The notes under the pieces are model-generated. The model saw only the letters and a program-made list of their open reading frames with translations, did not search any database and was not told where the DNA came from. From Chrysomallon squamiferum (Eukaryota; Animalia; Mollusca), in the NCBI GenBank assembly GCA_012295275.1, contig CM022665.1, positions 40,672,001 through 40,736,000 on the forward strand: a DNA stretch of 64,000 nt, written 5' to 3'. This document shows, in pieces, positions 1-12,968 of this stretch (positions are counted from its first letter, which is position 1; each line of letters begins with the position of its first letter). The translations under genes and the position numbers were made by a program.

Positions 1-216
1 GTCCTTGTTGTTGTTTGTAGTGTTATCATACACTCCATGACTGAAGTTTCAGATATGTATAATTTTTTTATTATGGTTATCTTAAAATACAGAAATAATT
101 AAAACTGTATAAATGTTGTCAAATATTCGTTTCCTTCTGCCTAGGAAATCAGTGTCATGAAATCTATTGTTTTTTGCATGTTTATAATTTATTATTGATT
201 TTCTTCTTCTTTTCAG

Positions 217-1457
217 AAATCTACCATTCATGCCTTTCCAAAGAGCATTTATGCAAAAACAAAAATTTCAGTTACTGGTAAGTACATGCTTTCTCTCTCA
301 CAGCACACATTATGATATTTAGAGGTACTAGACCATTAAGCCTGGAAACCAGAGATGACCCAGATTTCAGGATTTTCGGTTTTTCTGGACAAAATATTAT
401 ATATACTTAAAAAATAAAATATTTTAACAATAAAAAGTATGGAATAAAAATATATTTAATGGGTTGAAATTAATACCTTTTTTTTTTTGGATAATTCAGG
501 ATAAAGTCATATAAATATCAGCTGTAAAGATTACTGACTTAGCTTAGCTTAGCTGATTTTTTGGATTTTTTAAATTTATTTTTATTTATTGTTATTTTTT
601 ATTATAAACCTTATAATCAATAAAATACAGTAATGTTGTCTTTTTTTTTTCTTTTTTTACTATAATTTGTGTGTGTGTGTGTGTGTGTGTGTTATTATAT
701 TAAACATTTTTTTTACTTTAATATGTTTTAATTTTATTTAATTTTTTTTATTTTGTTATATTTTATTATTATTGTTTATTTATGTTTTATTTTATTTTTT
801 TCTCTCCATTAACACCTTAAATTACTCCATTATATTATGTGACTGATACACCAAACTTCAACTAGCCAAGTATATCATAGACAGAAAGACATGTAATTTG
901 TGTGTATGTATGCATGTGTATTTGATTTACCTATTGTATTGTAATAATAATAATAATTCTGGAAATGATTTAGAACAATTCTACAGTGACTTAACATAAA
1001 TTTTAAAAATATTAACCATCACCAGGAACAAATATATATAATCTTGGTATGTGTGTGTTTGATTTTATTTTTTATATTTATTTTATTTTTGTCGTTGTTT
1101 CAGTTTTTCTTTTTAATATTGTTTTTGATGTTAAGAGTGAATTTTATGAGTTGTCTTTATAACTTTCAAAACTGTTTACCATTAAACTGATAAAACAACA
1201 TCACATTTTGCAGTGGACTGTGGATCCAATCAGCAAGAAGTTGATTTACATATTCAGTATCTCTTGAGAGAATCACCATGTGCACAGGAGTATGAAGGCA
1301 TAGAAAATATTCCAGTAAGTATAAACATTCAGAAAATAATGTATTTATTATTTTTATTTATTTATTTTTTATTTTTATGTTTTTTTAATATATTGTTTTC
1401 TAAAAACATAATTATCATTATGACATTTATGAAAATACACCATTCAAAAACATTGGT

Positions 1458-1521
<64 letters not shown>

Positions 1522-2061
1522 CTTTTCATTACATTTTTCCATATCCTCCTCTCACAATGGTAGTCTGTTATTAGTAATGTTTGTCAGATGTTTATAAATA
1601 TCTGTATTCTAATTTTCGTATTCATTTTTTTAATTTTTTTTTTTATGACAAATTATTTATTTAGTCTGTGAGCCTTACCATACACACCCACTAATTAACT
1701 GATTTACTGAATATTTAAAACAGAAAAATAGTCAATGTATTGTTTATCAAAAATGATTCTGTATTTTCAGGAGAGGATGAACCTTTATCTGAATCATCCG
1801 ACAGTGCAGTACAATGAAAACTATGACTACAACAAAGTGGCATTCCTGTCTAACAGAACAGTGCAGAAGTGTGGAGGAGATGTCACACACATATATTTAG
1901 TTAGTTAAAACATTTCTCTCTTTTATACTTCAGAGCCTCATACATTGATTTTTCATTCAAAACCAGTTTTTACGGTCTATAAACTTCATTCCATATGAAT
2001 AAATCAGGTTTACTGTGTCATATATATACACATACATATGCACATAGATAAACACATACAT

Positions 2062-2156
<95 letters not shown>

Positions 2157-4733
2157 CACATACACATACACATATATACACATACATAGACCTACAACAC
2201 ACACACACACATGCAGTTACATTATTTAACATTATTAATATCTTTTGTTTTGTTAATGCTGTTTAATTTATTGCATTTGGTTAATTAATTCCATTATTTT
2301 AATTTTACAGGATTTTAATGACCAGAATCCAAAAACAGAAAAAATGGTTGTGGTGAGATTAAAACCATTTACAAATTTATAATTAAATTATATAGTTCAA
2401 TTTAAAATGTACTATTGTCTCATGTTCTTACTCAGCCCCACCAAAATATTCCTATTTTGAAATAAAATTAAATGATAGTAACAGACTAATTATTTGGTGT
2501 TATCAACCAATCAAAAAGTCTTTAACCTAATTTTAATTATATTTATGTTAAGTTAGAATATTTTGTCTTGAAATTTAACCTAATAAGTTTATATGAATTA
2601 AGGCACATTTAGGTGAACTTATATAATATACATTTTTTAATTGACTAATGGTTTGGTATTATTAACCTGTCTTTTATCTGTTTAGTTTCAAATAGCTAAA
2701 TCTTGAAATATCACCTAGTAAGTTTACTTTCCAAAAACAAATGCTTGCATGCATACACATTTACCATTTACACACACATCTATCTAACTTTCTATCTTTT
2801 TTTTCCTACCTATCAAACACAGTTATACAGTCGTATAAACATATATAAGACATCCATTTTTTGTCAACTTCTAACAGGGTAGGGGGTAGAGGAGGATGAC
2901 AGTGACATCTCCAAAGAGGACACAAACTGACTGTGGTTCATAAAAACTGTATTTAATTAATGTGACTCATAACTAAAGATTCTACACTTGTAAAATCAGA
3001 ACAGATCAAAAACAACAAGTCCCCATGCATGACCAGTGTCATCATCTTCACTAACAGTGATCTAAGACCTTGTCCTCTCAGAGGCCAGTGTGCAATCCCT
3101 TGCTTTCTGAAAACATTTGCCCCTAAACCCTGGGCAGCATTGTCACATGACCATACAATTCCCACTGACAACAAAAGCTCACCATTGGACGTAGTAATAT
3201 TACTTTATCCTGCTAGCCTTTACTCACCCCAGATTACTATATGAACTAATTATTCAAGAACCATTTAAAACTGACCTTCTCAGAATAGGAAATAATGGTT
3301 ATTATTTGGTATTATTAACCAGTCAGAAAGTCTGAAATGTATGTGTAAGCATGTATACACAAAAACACATCTCTATATCTTTTTGCCTACCCCTCTACAC
3401 AGTTATACAAAAATACATTGTGTTAGATTTAAATTTTTGTTTAATATGTTGATGACAGTTGAATCTGTGTCGTAGAAATGTAAATATAATTAATTATATT
3501 TTTAGTTTCATACGGATGTGCAGACAACAAAATCAGGAAACAAGACATTTGTAATTGCAAAACAAGAGCAAGTGGAAAAGAAAACCAAGATCAAAAGAGC
3601 AGCTGAGCTAGGCAAAACAACAAAACAAACAACCCAGAAACCTACATTAAAAGCAGTCAAAACTTCACCACCTAAGAAAGTAAATATTTTTAAAACATCC
3701 ACAAAGAAGTTAAAAGTGCATGAAAAGCTAACACACACACACACACATATATATATATTGATTATTAGTAATTCAAGTAATAGTTAAAAAAAAAAAAATT
3801 TAAATTTCACCCAAGAGTAAAGCACTTTTGTAATTAAGACCTTGAGTTCTTTTTTATCATTTTTATTATATATATATATCTTTCTCTCTCTCTCTTATCT
3901 CTCTCCTTCTTTCTCTCTCTTGTTTTTCCTTTCTTTATTTCTTTCACACATCCAAGGTTATTCTTTACCATTTGTTTTTTCACTGTTTAACACCATGTAT
4001 CTGCATTTGAGAAAAACAATCTATTCTTTGTCACCATTTGTTTTCTCTTTTTGTTGTTTAATAATTCATAATTTATTTTTAAATTTGTTTTGCAGACAAC
4101 ACCTTCAACTACTACTACTACTACTACTGCTGCTGCTAGCAAAAGTTCTGATGTAAGTATATATAATATATATACACATTTGATTTATTAAAAAGATTCC
4201 TGCTTTTTATTGATAATGTTTCAAATAATCTAATTAATATTTATCATAAAAACAAGTTGGTAATAACAGTAATAATAAAGTGATTTTATCTGACATAACA
4301 GTTTTTAAATTTCTTTTAGTTCTGTATTAAAAGATTTCACATGTAACTTTAGTTTCTGGTGTAGTTTACATATATGCATGTAGACATGCAAACGAACATC
4401 ACATTTATATATGTACATATCAGTACATACATACTTACATTTTTACATACATACATGCAGACACTGTCTGTCATGTGTGCATGCATGCACACACCCACAC
4501 ACATATATATTTGCACATGTACTCATACACATTCCTTTTCTTTCTCTTTTTAAAAAAAACAAACAAACAATTAACCTTGTTATTTTCAGTCTGACAGTAT
4601 TGTAGCCACAGCCTGGAAGGATGGTTGCTATGTCTTTATTTTAGAACTTACACCTACACCTACATTAGGAAATGCAGAAGCTGATAAAAAGAAGGAAAAA
4701 TACAAAGCAGTGGGTAAGTAGGAGGGTGGGGAA

Positions 4734-4770
<37 letters not shown>

Positions 4771-7700
4771 CTACACTAAATTAACTAAATAATGCAAAAG
4801 AGAAATGTCAGAAGTCTGTTTCAAAAAGTGTTTATATTTCTTAATTCTCAGTTTGTCCCACTAACTGATTAAAGATGAGTTGTGTATGTAGTTTTAGTTC
4901 GACATTATCAGTATCTTAAATTGTGTGTTAATGGATTGTATGTATAATTTAATTTTATTTCACCGATTTATTAAATTCATGCTTCAAGCTTTTTGAATGA
5001 CATTATAGATATACTTTGGGAGAAGGTGTTACTTTTAAAAAATGTATTTAATTTTTGAATTGCATCACAAGCTTGTTGAATCCCATTATAAATACACTTC
5101 TGGAGATTGGGAGTACATTATTTTATTTATTTCAAAGTAAACTATATTTATAAGTACTGTTTTTAGCCTTGTTAAAATTATTATTGATATTTTGACCTGG
5201 AGGGTTTCAGATAGTATAAAACTGTATTTCCCGTAAATTCCATTGTAAAAATGAATGGAGATGGAATATTTAGAACCAAAAATATATTTTATTAACATAA
5301 AGCAGTGAATTACAGTGAATCATACAACTAATATTTTTGTATTATGTTCATCAAGCTACTGTTCGTATGAAAGGAATTCATGGTTACATATCTGCTGTGG
5401 ATTTTCCTCTGGAGGTGGTGAGTAGTAGATGCTTTGTAAAAATTATATCATTTTAAACACTTATTCTTCTGCTTTGAAAAGAATCAAACAGTCCAGTTAA
5501 ATACAAATATCCCAGACAGACGGTTTCATTTTTAATGGTTGCCTGTGACTGAAAATACTGACAGGCAAGTGCATGTCTATGTCTCAAAAAATATATATAT
5601 AATAACCAATATTAATCATTTTTATTTATATATATTTTTTTTTTTTTTTAAAGAAAAATACTATAAGATTTTATTAATATTAATAACAAACATCATTTTC
5701 CTCCACATCTTAAAACAGGTACAATTTGAAGAAATTGGATTTTGCTCGTACTTTTTAACCTTCTGTAAAAAAAACGAATTAAAATTATTACCATTTTAAA
5801 AATCTTTTTGTATTAGCTAATGATTATTGTGACCAAACATGCAACAGCTGGTATGTTTGTTTTACTTTTATTATCACTCTTTATTCACTTTGTTTTGTAG
5901 TTCTATGGAGTTATGGGTTTAGTTTACATAGGATATGGGATTGTATGGATTATTGTATTGGCCTGCCACTGGAAGGATCTTCTTCGAGTGCAGTTTTGGA
6001 TTGGCGGTGTTATTGTTCTGGGTAAGTACTGCCCTATTAAAAGATGTCTTCTAGTTAAACAAGACTATTTTAAAAAATTGTAATAAATGCATTATTAATG
6101 TGCAGCAGTATATGATTGTATCTTTAAGCAATACTTAAAAAATTGTAGGCTTTGTTTTTTTTAATGTAAAATTTAAGTTAGGTTCAAGTCTTAATTTCTT
6201 AATTGTGAGATATCAGAGAGTCTATTCATGATAAATTAAACCCTGCAAGAGTTGCATACCTTTCCGTTTCTCTCATCTAATTCATTTTATCTATAATCAA
6301 CTTTGAGTTGTTCCATTTTGTAGATGATATAATATATGATTAAAAGCTAATTAGTCCATTTATAATTTTGAAAAAGTAGTAATAAAATTTGTTTTATTTC
6401 AAGGTATGTAGGAAAAAGCTGTATTTTTGCGTAATTAATTTGTAGGTTAATAATAATAATAATAATAATTTGTTTTGTTTCCAGGGATGCTGGAAAAAGC
6501 TGTATTTTTCGCTGAATACAAGAATATTGCTGAAACAGGAAAATCTGGTTGGTATTTTGGATTTAGTTTTCTTCTTACTACAAATCTGTTTAATTTTTAA
6601 ATTAATAACTGGTATTTGAATTAACCAAAATTATACTTATTCTTTTTTATGATCTAAAAATTATATTTCAGATATTAATTTCTGAAAAACATATCTTCTT
6701 TGGAAATTTAGTGGGTTTTGGGAAGGGTTTTTTTCAGTAAGATTGATTTTACATTCTATTTAGCCCAAGATCTTTTCACCTACTGCAGAAAAGCCTGACT
6801 AATTAACAATATATTGGTGTATAAAATACAAAATTAAATGTATATGTGAATAAATTATACAGTATGAGGCAATGTGTTTCATCTTTCTGTATGTAACCAG
6901 ACAACTAAACAGTTATTTTAAGAGCAAAACAGAATTAAATGTTATAACAAATGTACAAACCATTGAAGATGTTTTTAATTATGCTATGTTTTATCATGTT
7001 CTGTTGTTTGCTCGTTGACTTTTTGTTGTTGTTTGTTTTTCGGGGGGTGTTGGGAACATTTTTATTAAAAGATTATATATAATATTATATTTAATTTAAA
7101 TGTATATTGTTTTCAGTACGTGGAGCAATAATTCTTGCAGAGCTGGTTTCCTGCATGAAGCGTACTTTAGCCAGGATGTTGGTTATTGTTGTCAGTCTCG
7201 GGTTTGGTATTGTCAAGTAAGTGGTGAACATTTTTAATTTTCATCTCACAAAAAATCTCTTCTTTTTTTTTTCTTCTTCTTTTTTTCTGTGCAGTTCTGT
7301 TAACTTTTTAACATAGTTATCATTAATTACAATTTATTTGCATTTAGGAATCATTTTTGGGAAGGTAATGTGTTGGATGCTTTATAATGCAAACATTAAT
7401 TGTTATTTAGTCTGTTATCAGTAAAACTGCAGCAAATCTTTTAGAACAGTGGTTCTCAAACTTTTTTTGCCAACGGCACACCTTGGAACACATGAAAAAA
7501 TAGCGGCACACCTGGCTAAATATATATACGAAAAATATTTGAATTTTGTGAAGTAAAAACTTGGCAAGTCGTAGACGGCATACAATGGTAGACACAGACT
7601 AGTCATAGACACATAGAATGACTCAAACTAAATAAAGAAAAACATAGCTATACTTCACTGCAGTGTTTCGAATTTCATCAGTCAAATAGCTGGCTTCTTT

Positions 7701-8588
7701 AGAGAGAAATTTGTGCCTGACTTTAATTCATAATTTCCTCAATGTTTGGTTGAATATGAGACAGACACACCCTCATTTCTTCTTTCGTTGTATGTAATCT
7801 CTCGTGCTTCATGTTTTTGATGTTGTTTAATGTTGAGAAGCCTAATTTACATATATAAGAAGTTGAAAATTGGAACTGAAATCCAAAATAAATCAATGGG
7901 CAGAGTCGAATGTTTTAATTTTAACAATTTTCTTTTTGAGGGCAGATAGCTTGTCTGTTGAAGTGAGAATATTTTCGTTTTTACCTTGCATACTACTGTT
8001 TGTTTTATTTTTGGACCACATGGTTTTTCGCATTTTCTTAGTGTGCCGTTCAAAATTTTGCGGCACACTTAGGAATATCTTGTGGCACACCAGTGTGCCG
8101 CGGCACACTGGTTGAGAATCACTGTTTTAGAAGATCATATTTTAATCTAGTTATTTTTACCTATTATTTTAAATAATTGTTTTGTTCTGTTCATCATTAA
8201 AATATAATTAAAAAACTCTTTTTTTTTTTTTACCATAGATTAATTTATTTTTATAAATAAACATAGTATTATTTATATACATATATACCACTATACTTTC
8301 ATACATACATACATACATACATATGTACAAGTTTTTCATAAAATTTCTCATCAGCTAGGTAGAAAATATTTTTTCATTTGATCAAGTTATTATGTAAAAT
8401 ATTAAAGAGGACATTAAGTCTTTTATATATATATATATATATATATGTATGTTTTATTGTAGACCACGGCTTGGCCAGACATTCCACAAAGTTCTCTGTG
8501 TTGGAGTAGCTTTCTTTGTTCTCAGTTCTATTGAAGGTTGCATGAGAGGAGTGAGGGTAAGCCTTTGTATCCTCTTTTCTATTTGTGT

Positions 8589-8655
<67 letters not shown>

Positions 8656-11600
8656 AAAAAAAAAAAAATTGTTACAAAATGTTATAGAAAAAATAATATG
8701 CTTATAAAGATAAGTTGACACAATTTGTTTCATACACAGACACTGTAATAGTTAAGTAATCATCACTGTAAATGCTGGTTTTGTTATTACCAATTTATTT
8801 ATGTAGGTAAACAAAACGTCCATCAGACTTTGATAATCTTTGACTACTTTAATTATTAATATCATGATAATTTGCACATTTTGAAATATTTATTTTTTAA
8901 AAGTAATATGAACTTATTTAGAAGGCCAGCAAAAAGTGGACATTGAGATATTTATGTTCTGTTTTCAGTCAAAAAGTGACCAGTCCAATGAACTGATACT
9001 AGCCACTGTACCACTGGCTGTTATTGATGCTGTTATAGTTTGGTGGATATCCTTTTACTTAGTATTTAATAACCAATTTCAGGATACATTCCTTAATTCT
9101 GATGTCAAGACAAAATGTTCAGTAGCATTTGTAGGCATTTTGTAATCATTTTATATTATCAGATGGCACTATATCTGAATCTGGACTGTTGTTTTTCAGT
9201 TGTGTTGTTTTTTTTGTTTTTTTTGGGGGTATTTCTCCATCATTGTTATAAGAAAAAGGTTCAAAATAATTTACACGCATTATTATTATTGTTCTTAAAA
9301 TTTATTAATATATTTAATTTTTATTTTATCACTGCCACTGGTTGTGTTGTTTTGTTTTTATTACATTTTGTAGTTTAGTTCATTTCATTTCATGATATGT
9401 CATGTCATTTCCTTTAATTTGACTTTGTTTTATTTTACTATTTGTTCTATTCCATTTCCTTAATCTTGTCTCTACTGTTTACACTGACACCTTTATCTAA
9501 ATTAATTTAATATTTAAGTCTCAATAACCATGAAACTGTAAACAAAATAGCAATAATTTCCTTAACGACGACACATCTTTACCAGTTTGGTGCAGACCAC
9601 ACGCACTCTTAGACTGAGGAGAAATATAGTGAAGTTATCACTGTATAGACATTTTACAAACACTCTTATTTTTGCTGTGTTAGGTAAGTGTCTTTTTTAT
9701 TAGTAGTAATAATAGCAGTATTTGTTTATTTTTTGTATTACTATTTTTATTAGTAGTAATAGTAGTAGTAAAAGTAGTATTCATTTGATTTTTACTGTTA
9801 TTGTACTTAATTATTATTATTATTATCATTATTATTTCTTTTTATTATACATTTTGGAACAGTTATTGTTTTGCATGAATAAATGAAGACATAGAGAAAT
9901 AAAGTGATTTTGAAAGATTTTGAGTCCTTCTGGCCCAGTGTATAAAATTTAAGGACATTTTCTGGTATAGATTTCGTTATTTTTCTGTCTTTTTTTTTAA
10001 ATATTTTTTTATATTTTTTTTTGTTTTCCCTCCCATATATAAATCGAAACAAAAAATCAATATTACAGAATATTTCAACATTTTCATTTGTATTGTTGAG
10101 TTTTTTATATGCAAAATATTGAATAAATACAATTTTTATATATATTTTTTTTAATTTGTTTTAACAGCTTCCATTGCATTTATGATTTGGTCAATAACAC
10201 AGCATAAATTAAAATTCTGCACAAAAGTAAGTATTGTTGTTGTTGTTGTTGTTATTCCTAACTGCACAGGAAAGAATTACTGAATATATTAACATTACTT
10301 TATGGAAAATTCATGAATAGAACTAGTTGCAATTATCAAGTTGTTTTAAATGTTAATAACCATGTAACACAAATTTCTTTAGTGAAATATACTTTATTTT
10401 TATTTCTATTTTATTACTTTTTATTATTACATTTTTGAATTATTATAGTTACTATTTTATGATTAGTATTATTATTATAATACTAGGACTGGAAGGAGCT
10501 ATGGGTTGATGAGGCGTTTTGGCATCTGTTGTTTTCCGTTATTCTGCTCATCATCATGATTTTATGGAGGCCAGACGCCAATAACCAGAGGTTTAACTTT
10601 CAATTCTGTTTTACTTATTAATGCTTTATTTTCATTTCAAATTAATATCATTAATTGTAAAAATAATACACTGAGCATCAGTATTCTGTTTCTGAGCTGC
10701 CATTATTTATTTGTTTTGTTTAGTTTAGTTTTTAGTTTAGTTTAGTTCAGTTTAGTTCAGTTCAGTTCAGTTCAGTTCAGTTCAGTTCAGTTCAGTTCAG
10801 TTCAGTTCAGTTTCAGTTTCAGTTTATTTTTTGCCATTAAAACTGATTAGCAAATATTTTGAATATTATTAAGCAAGAAAAATTGTTTGATTGTAGTCGA
10901 GAAATGTCAAATTCATTTCAGTCAAACAAGACTTGATGATTATGAAAGATTAATTATTAATATATGTCAGCAATTAGAATTCAGTTTATTCACGGCATTG
11001 AATATTCTTGCACTCTCTATACTGTGGTTGTAAGAAAATTTTAGAATAGTTCTTTTATTGGGTTTTTTCGAAATTTTAGTGTCAGATATGCATGTGTTTT
11101 TAAAACCACAGGTTGTGGATTTAACTATTAAAAATAAAATATATTTCAGTGATGTAGGGCAGCTGTTTTGTGTTTGTAATGACTGTACAGTGACAAAACA
11201 TTACACTATTTATTTATTTATTTGTTTATTTGTCTAGGTATGCATTTTCACCTTTGTTGGATGCAGCAGAAGATGAAGTTGATGAAGATCAACTTATGAA
11301 TGATGCATTCGGTAAATACTATTCTTACAGTTGTAGATTAGTGTGCTTTTCTTTTTTCTGCTTGTGTACTTCATAAATAATTATATTTTATTGTTTTCTT
11401 TGAAAAAATATTATGAGTCAACATCAGCATATGCACACAGTCAAATTGTGTCCTCTTCAGTCATTATAATTATTGTTTTAATCTGTAGTGTTTATCTTCT
11501 TTTTTTTTAATTTAATTTAATTTTCATGATTTTATTTTATTTTATTTATTTTTTTCCTTGTTATTGTTGTCATTTCTAAATATTTCATTTCATTACTGTT

Positions 11601-12735
11601 ACACTATTTTTCAAATTTAGATGGGATGAAGATGAGAGGAGTTAAGGGCCAGGCAAATGGCTCTCCTAGACAAAAAGAAAAATCAAAACCAGTAAGTTTG
11701 TTTCAAATTCGTATTGAAAAATTATTATTACATTTAACATATTAATTTAAATTTAAAAATAATTCAATACGGATTTATAAATTATTAATTAATGTTACTT
11801 GTGAAAATATGCATGTTAGTGAAATGCTGTAACTTTCAGTGTTGTTCTGACATTAGCAGATTTAAAACAACACTTCGTTAATCCATTTATAGGTCTCCAT
11901 TCAGATAAAAATTGATGTTAAATCAAACTGTAGATCAATTCTGAACCAGTAATAAGCCATTTGGTTTACTTATTTTGAAACATACTAGTCCAGTATATGT
12001 TCAGTATGCTATAATTCCATACTGAGCATTGTGTCTACTCCAAAATATTAATAAATATTGTTATCAATTGTATTGTTAAAGTGATATGTGTGAAATAAAA
12101 ATACCTTTTTAATTATTATTTTAAGGATGATGATCTGAAGTGGGTGGAGGAAAACATTCCAACTTCTGTTGCAGACAAGTATGTTTTTCTATTTTTATTT
12201 TTATAAAATACATAATTGTAAGTTACTATCTAAATTTTTAAATCTTATTATCTCTTTTTTAAATATAATTTATTTGCATGTGTATTATTATCTTATTTTT
12301 TTATTTTTCATTTTTTTTTTTGGTTATAGGATTCTATATTAATAAATATTTTTAAAAATTTGTACTTATTAAGTTTAAATATTTTTAATAGATTCATTAT
12401 TAATAAATACTAAACATCATCTTAAAGCCAGAAACTACACAAATAATACACAGTCCACCAGAGTTAGTGAAAAAGTATGGACTGCAATGTGTATTTATCT
12501 TTTAAAAAAGCACACAAAAATATTAATGCAAGCTTTTTTCCATTTTTAATTTTGCAGAAGATATTGAATGAAATACTAATATTATATGTATATATATTTT
12601 TAAATTCTTATATTCAAAAATGTAACTTCCTTATTAATTCATTTTTTTCTTTTCTTTATTAGAGCTCTACCAAGTCTGCTTGACTCTGATGAAGAATTAA
12701 TGAACACCAAGTTTGAAATGTCTAAAATGGAATAA
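217..12735 (+). CDS. TMEM87A: TMEM87-family (GOST / lung seven-transmembrane) Golgi protein, 5'-partial, 20 exons, 582 aa in window
   Basis: Exons 217-277, 1214-1314, 1771-1899, 2311-2352, 3506-3679, 4096-4152, 4590-4713, 5356-5417, 5901-6021, 6485-6547, 7117-7216, 8463-8556, 8969-9046, 9575-9683, 10168-10226, 10487-10590, 11238-11311, 11621-11691, 12126-12178 and 12663-12735 join into one 1749-nt frame. Family motifs: [105 protein letters not shown]. The start and signal peptide lie upstream of the window. A/B orthology is not resolvable. Confidence 0.95.
2061..2175. repeat. (TATACA)n microsatellite
   Basis: Directly visible hexamer repeat in a TMEM87 intron. Confidence 0.9.
7447..8124 (-). 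mobile_element. Non-autonomous hAT (Charlie/Buster-like) DNA transposon, internal-deletion derivative, 678 bp
   Basis: TIRs CAGTGGTTCTCAA...TTGAGAATCACTG. Perfect 8-bp TSD TTTTAGAA (7439-7446 and 8125-8132). Subterminal GGCACAC/GTGTGCC repeats. Minus-strand remnant at ~7697-7850 reads [35 protein letters not shown], resembling the C-terminus of Charlie-type transposases. Confidence 0.88.
8592..8652. repeat. (TG)n(AG)n compound microsatellite
   Basis: Directly visible. Confidence 0.9.
9047..9574 (+). other. U12-type (minor spliceosome) AT-AC intron of TMEM87
   Basis: 5' splice site ATATCCTTTT directly after TGG TGG (WW). Branch point TTTCCTTAAC at 9557-9566 and terminal AC at 9573-9574. Removal gives the in-frame conserved WW|IFTSLVQT. 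Confidence 0.93.
10717..10825. repeat. (TTTAG)n/(TTCAG)n pentamer microsatellite
   Basis: Directly visible; the unit shifts from TTTAG to TTCAG to TTTCAG. Confidence 0.9.
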
Positions 12736-12937
12736 ATCATTGTGTTTTGTCTTCCTATGGAGGATATTATGTTTTATTTAGAACTGAGCTTGCAAGGCAG
12801 ACAAGAGCTTTCAGGTTAACTATCACTAGTGTGGTAAATGAAATATTTGTTTGAGCAGTCATATAAATTATTGTATTGTATGTTGGCCTGTTGAGAAATT
12901 ATGTAAATGAGTGTTACATAACTGAGTGTTCATGTAA

Positions 12938-12968
<31 letters not shown>

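Noticed and set aside
1957-2232. ORFs with poly-CI, poly-YV and poly-YT
   Set aside because: They are translations of a (TATACA)n microsatellite inside an intron.
2953-3244. Overlapping 71-73 aa ORFs on both strands
   Set aside because: No recognisable domain and no in-frame splice path into TMEM87; kept only as part of the duplication observation.
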